This document shows positions 32,979 through 33,826 of a stretch of DNA of 33,826 nucleotides, one piece after another. Made by a program: the position numbers and the translations under genes. The notes under the pieces were generated by a model. It was not told the DNA's origin. It ran no database searches and saw only the letters and a program-made list of their open reading frames with translations. Numbering within the stretch: the stretch's first letter is position 1; each line of letters starts with the position of its first letter. Source of the DNA: Thermoplasmata archaeon (GTDB taxonomy: Archaea; Thermoplasmatota; Thermoplasmata; Lutacidiplasmatales; UBA184); the NCBI GenBank assembly GCA_030046135.1, contig JASIEC010000029.1:1-33826 (forward strand), read 5' to 3'.

Positions 32979-32985
32979 TACATAG
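32979..32985 (-). promoter_or_regulatory. TATA-like box (CTATGTA on minus strand) upstream of the HTH-fusion gene
   Basis: AT-rich heptamer 23 nt upstream of ATG 32955. Confidence 0.35.
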
Positions 32986-33061
32986 CGCCTCACAAATCTC
33001 GGGACGCCCGAGCGGGGGTGGCTCGGGGCCGGATGTGGGTCCCGAGGGTGCCGGGCCGCTC

Positions 33062-33826
33062 TCAGATCGCGTTGACTGCGAATCCGAGCACGAAGCCGAT
33101 CATCACGCCGAGGTAGACGAGCTGGTTCCGTCGGATCGAGGCTTCCTTCGTTTCGAGCGGCCGGAACGCGACCCGGAGCATCGGGAGGATCACGTAGGCG
33201 ATCGCCCCGATCGCCAGCGCATCGAAGATGACCAGGAAGAGATCGTTGCTCCAGAAGTACCCGATCGCCCCCCCGATCAGCGTGGGGAGGCCCCCCACGA
33301 GGAAGAGGCCGATCATCAGGGAGACCTGCCGGTTCGCCTTGGTCCCGAGGAACGGCGAGGCGATCGGGAATCCCTCCGTCACGTTCTGGAGGAAGAACCC
33401 AACGAAGACGACGGCCAGGATGCCGAGGGCGCCCGCCGTCCAGTTGACGCCGAAGACGAGTCCTTCGGTGAGGTTCTGGAGCCCGATCCCGAGCGCGATG
33501 ATCAGCGCCGTGGTCCGGGGTCCGGTCTCCGGGACGGTCGCGGGGTCCGGGGTCCCCCCGGCCGACACGACCGCCCGCGAGAGACCCTTCGGGAGATTGT
33601 CGACGACGTAGAGACCGAGGAACGCCACGAGGAACGCGATGCCGAAGGCGACCGAGTAGTCCAGGTTCGCGACGTAGCCGCTCGGGTAGAGGATCGTGGA
33701 GACATCCGAGAAGACGTCCGCGAGCAGGAAGACGAGGATCCCGATCGCCGCCGCGTTCAGCCCGACCGCCCATCGGCCCTGGGCCCGCTTGTTGTAGACG
33801 ATCGGGAGCGACAGGAAGATCGAGAG
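33062..33826 (-). CDS. ZIP family divalent-metal transporter (ZupT-like); 5' end outside window
   Basis: The frame is open from the window edge (the track shows only the part after an internal GTG). It has paired LQNLTEGL and LQNVTEGF motifs, equivalent to the ZIP 'HNxxEG' metal-site helices, and multiple TM segments. Confidence 0.8.
   Translation of the reverse strand, partial: LSIFLSLPIVYNKRAQGRWAVGLNAAAIGILVFLLADVFSDVSTILYPSGYVANLDYSVAFGIAFLVAFLGLYVVDNLPKGLSRAVVSAGGTPDPATVPETGPRTTALIIALGIGLQNLTEGLVFGVNWTAGALGILAVVFVGFFLQNVTEGFPIASPFLGTKANRQVSLMIGLFLVGGLPTLIGGAIGYFWSNDLFLVIFDALAIGAIAYVILPMLRVAFRPLETKEASIRRNQLVYLGVMIGFVLGFAVNAI

Noticed and set aside
33007-33027. 7-bp stem / 7-nt loop hairpin (CCCGAGC-GGGGGTG-GCTCGGG) downstream of the ZIP gene as a terminator
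   Set aside because: Archaeal termination relies mainly on oligo-T tracts and only a weak ATTTGT follows. Such GC hairpins are frequent by chance in this composition.
1-33826. Looked for CRISPR arrays, tRNA/rRNA genes, IS elements, integrases, toxin-antitoxin pairs, restriction-modification or other defence genes, inteins and composition-shifted islands
   Set aside because: I found no direct-repeat/spacer periodicity and no cloverleaf-sized conserved segments in the intergenic gaps (all but three are shorter than 105 nt). I found no transposase, integrase or nuclease signatures, and ileS and the other large genes are of normal length. GC content looks uniform by eye. A covariance-model scan would still be needed to exclude small ncRNAs formally.

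Overview
Very GC-rich, gene-dense chromosomal segment of an archaeon. Diagnostic archaeal genes are ribosomal protein L40e, archease, AMMECR1, the LysW carrier-protein pathway, and a ferredoxin plus digeranylgeranylglycerophospholipid reductase that looks most like Thermoplasmata-type GGRs. The proteins are Arg-rich rather than acidic, so this isn't a typical haloarchaeon. I can support about 35 protein genes:
- Housekeeping: ileS, rpl40e, trxB, archease, and a GT2 glycosyltransferase.
- An 8-gene translationally coupled argG-argH-lysW-lysX-lysY-lysZ-lysJ-lysK operon with a divergent ACT-domain regulator.
- A fused EtfB-EtfA flavoprotein.
- A 5-gene minus-strand operon: unknown protein, amylo-alpha-1,6-glucosidase-family enzyme, ABC ATPase, ABC-2 permease, flavin reductase.
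- A CPBP protease::CoA-binding fusion coupled to a bactofilin-like beta-helix protein.
- DUF1028 with a peptidoglycan-binding-type domain, and a pirin.
- PiT phosphate and ZIP metal transporters flanking an HTH::helical-bundle fusion.
I saw no rRNA, tRNA, CRISPR, transposase/integrase or recognisable defence genes. Most of the very long ORFs in the track are off-frame or antisense shadows produced by the high GC content. The window reads as core genome rather than an accessory island, and I did not find a convincing novel system. The findings are modest: unusual fusions and operon combinations, an M29 peptidase homologue that appears to lack its metal ligands, an archease with no canonical start codon, and a clear leaderless-promoter architecture. 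All homology calls come from motif recognition by eye, not from database searches.
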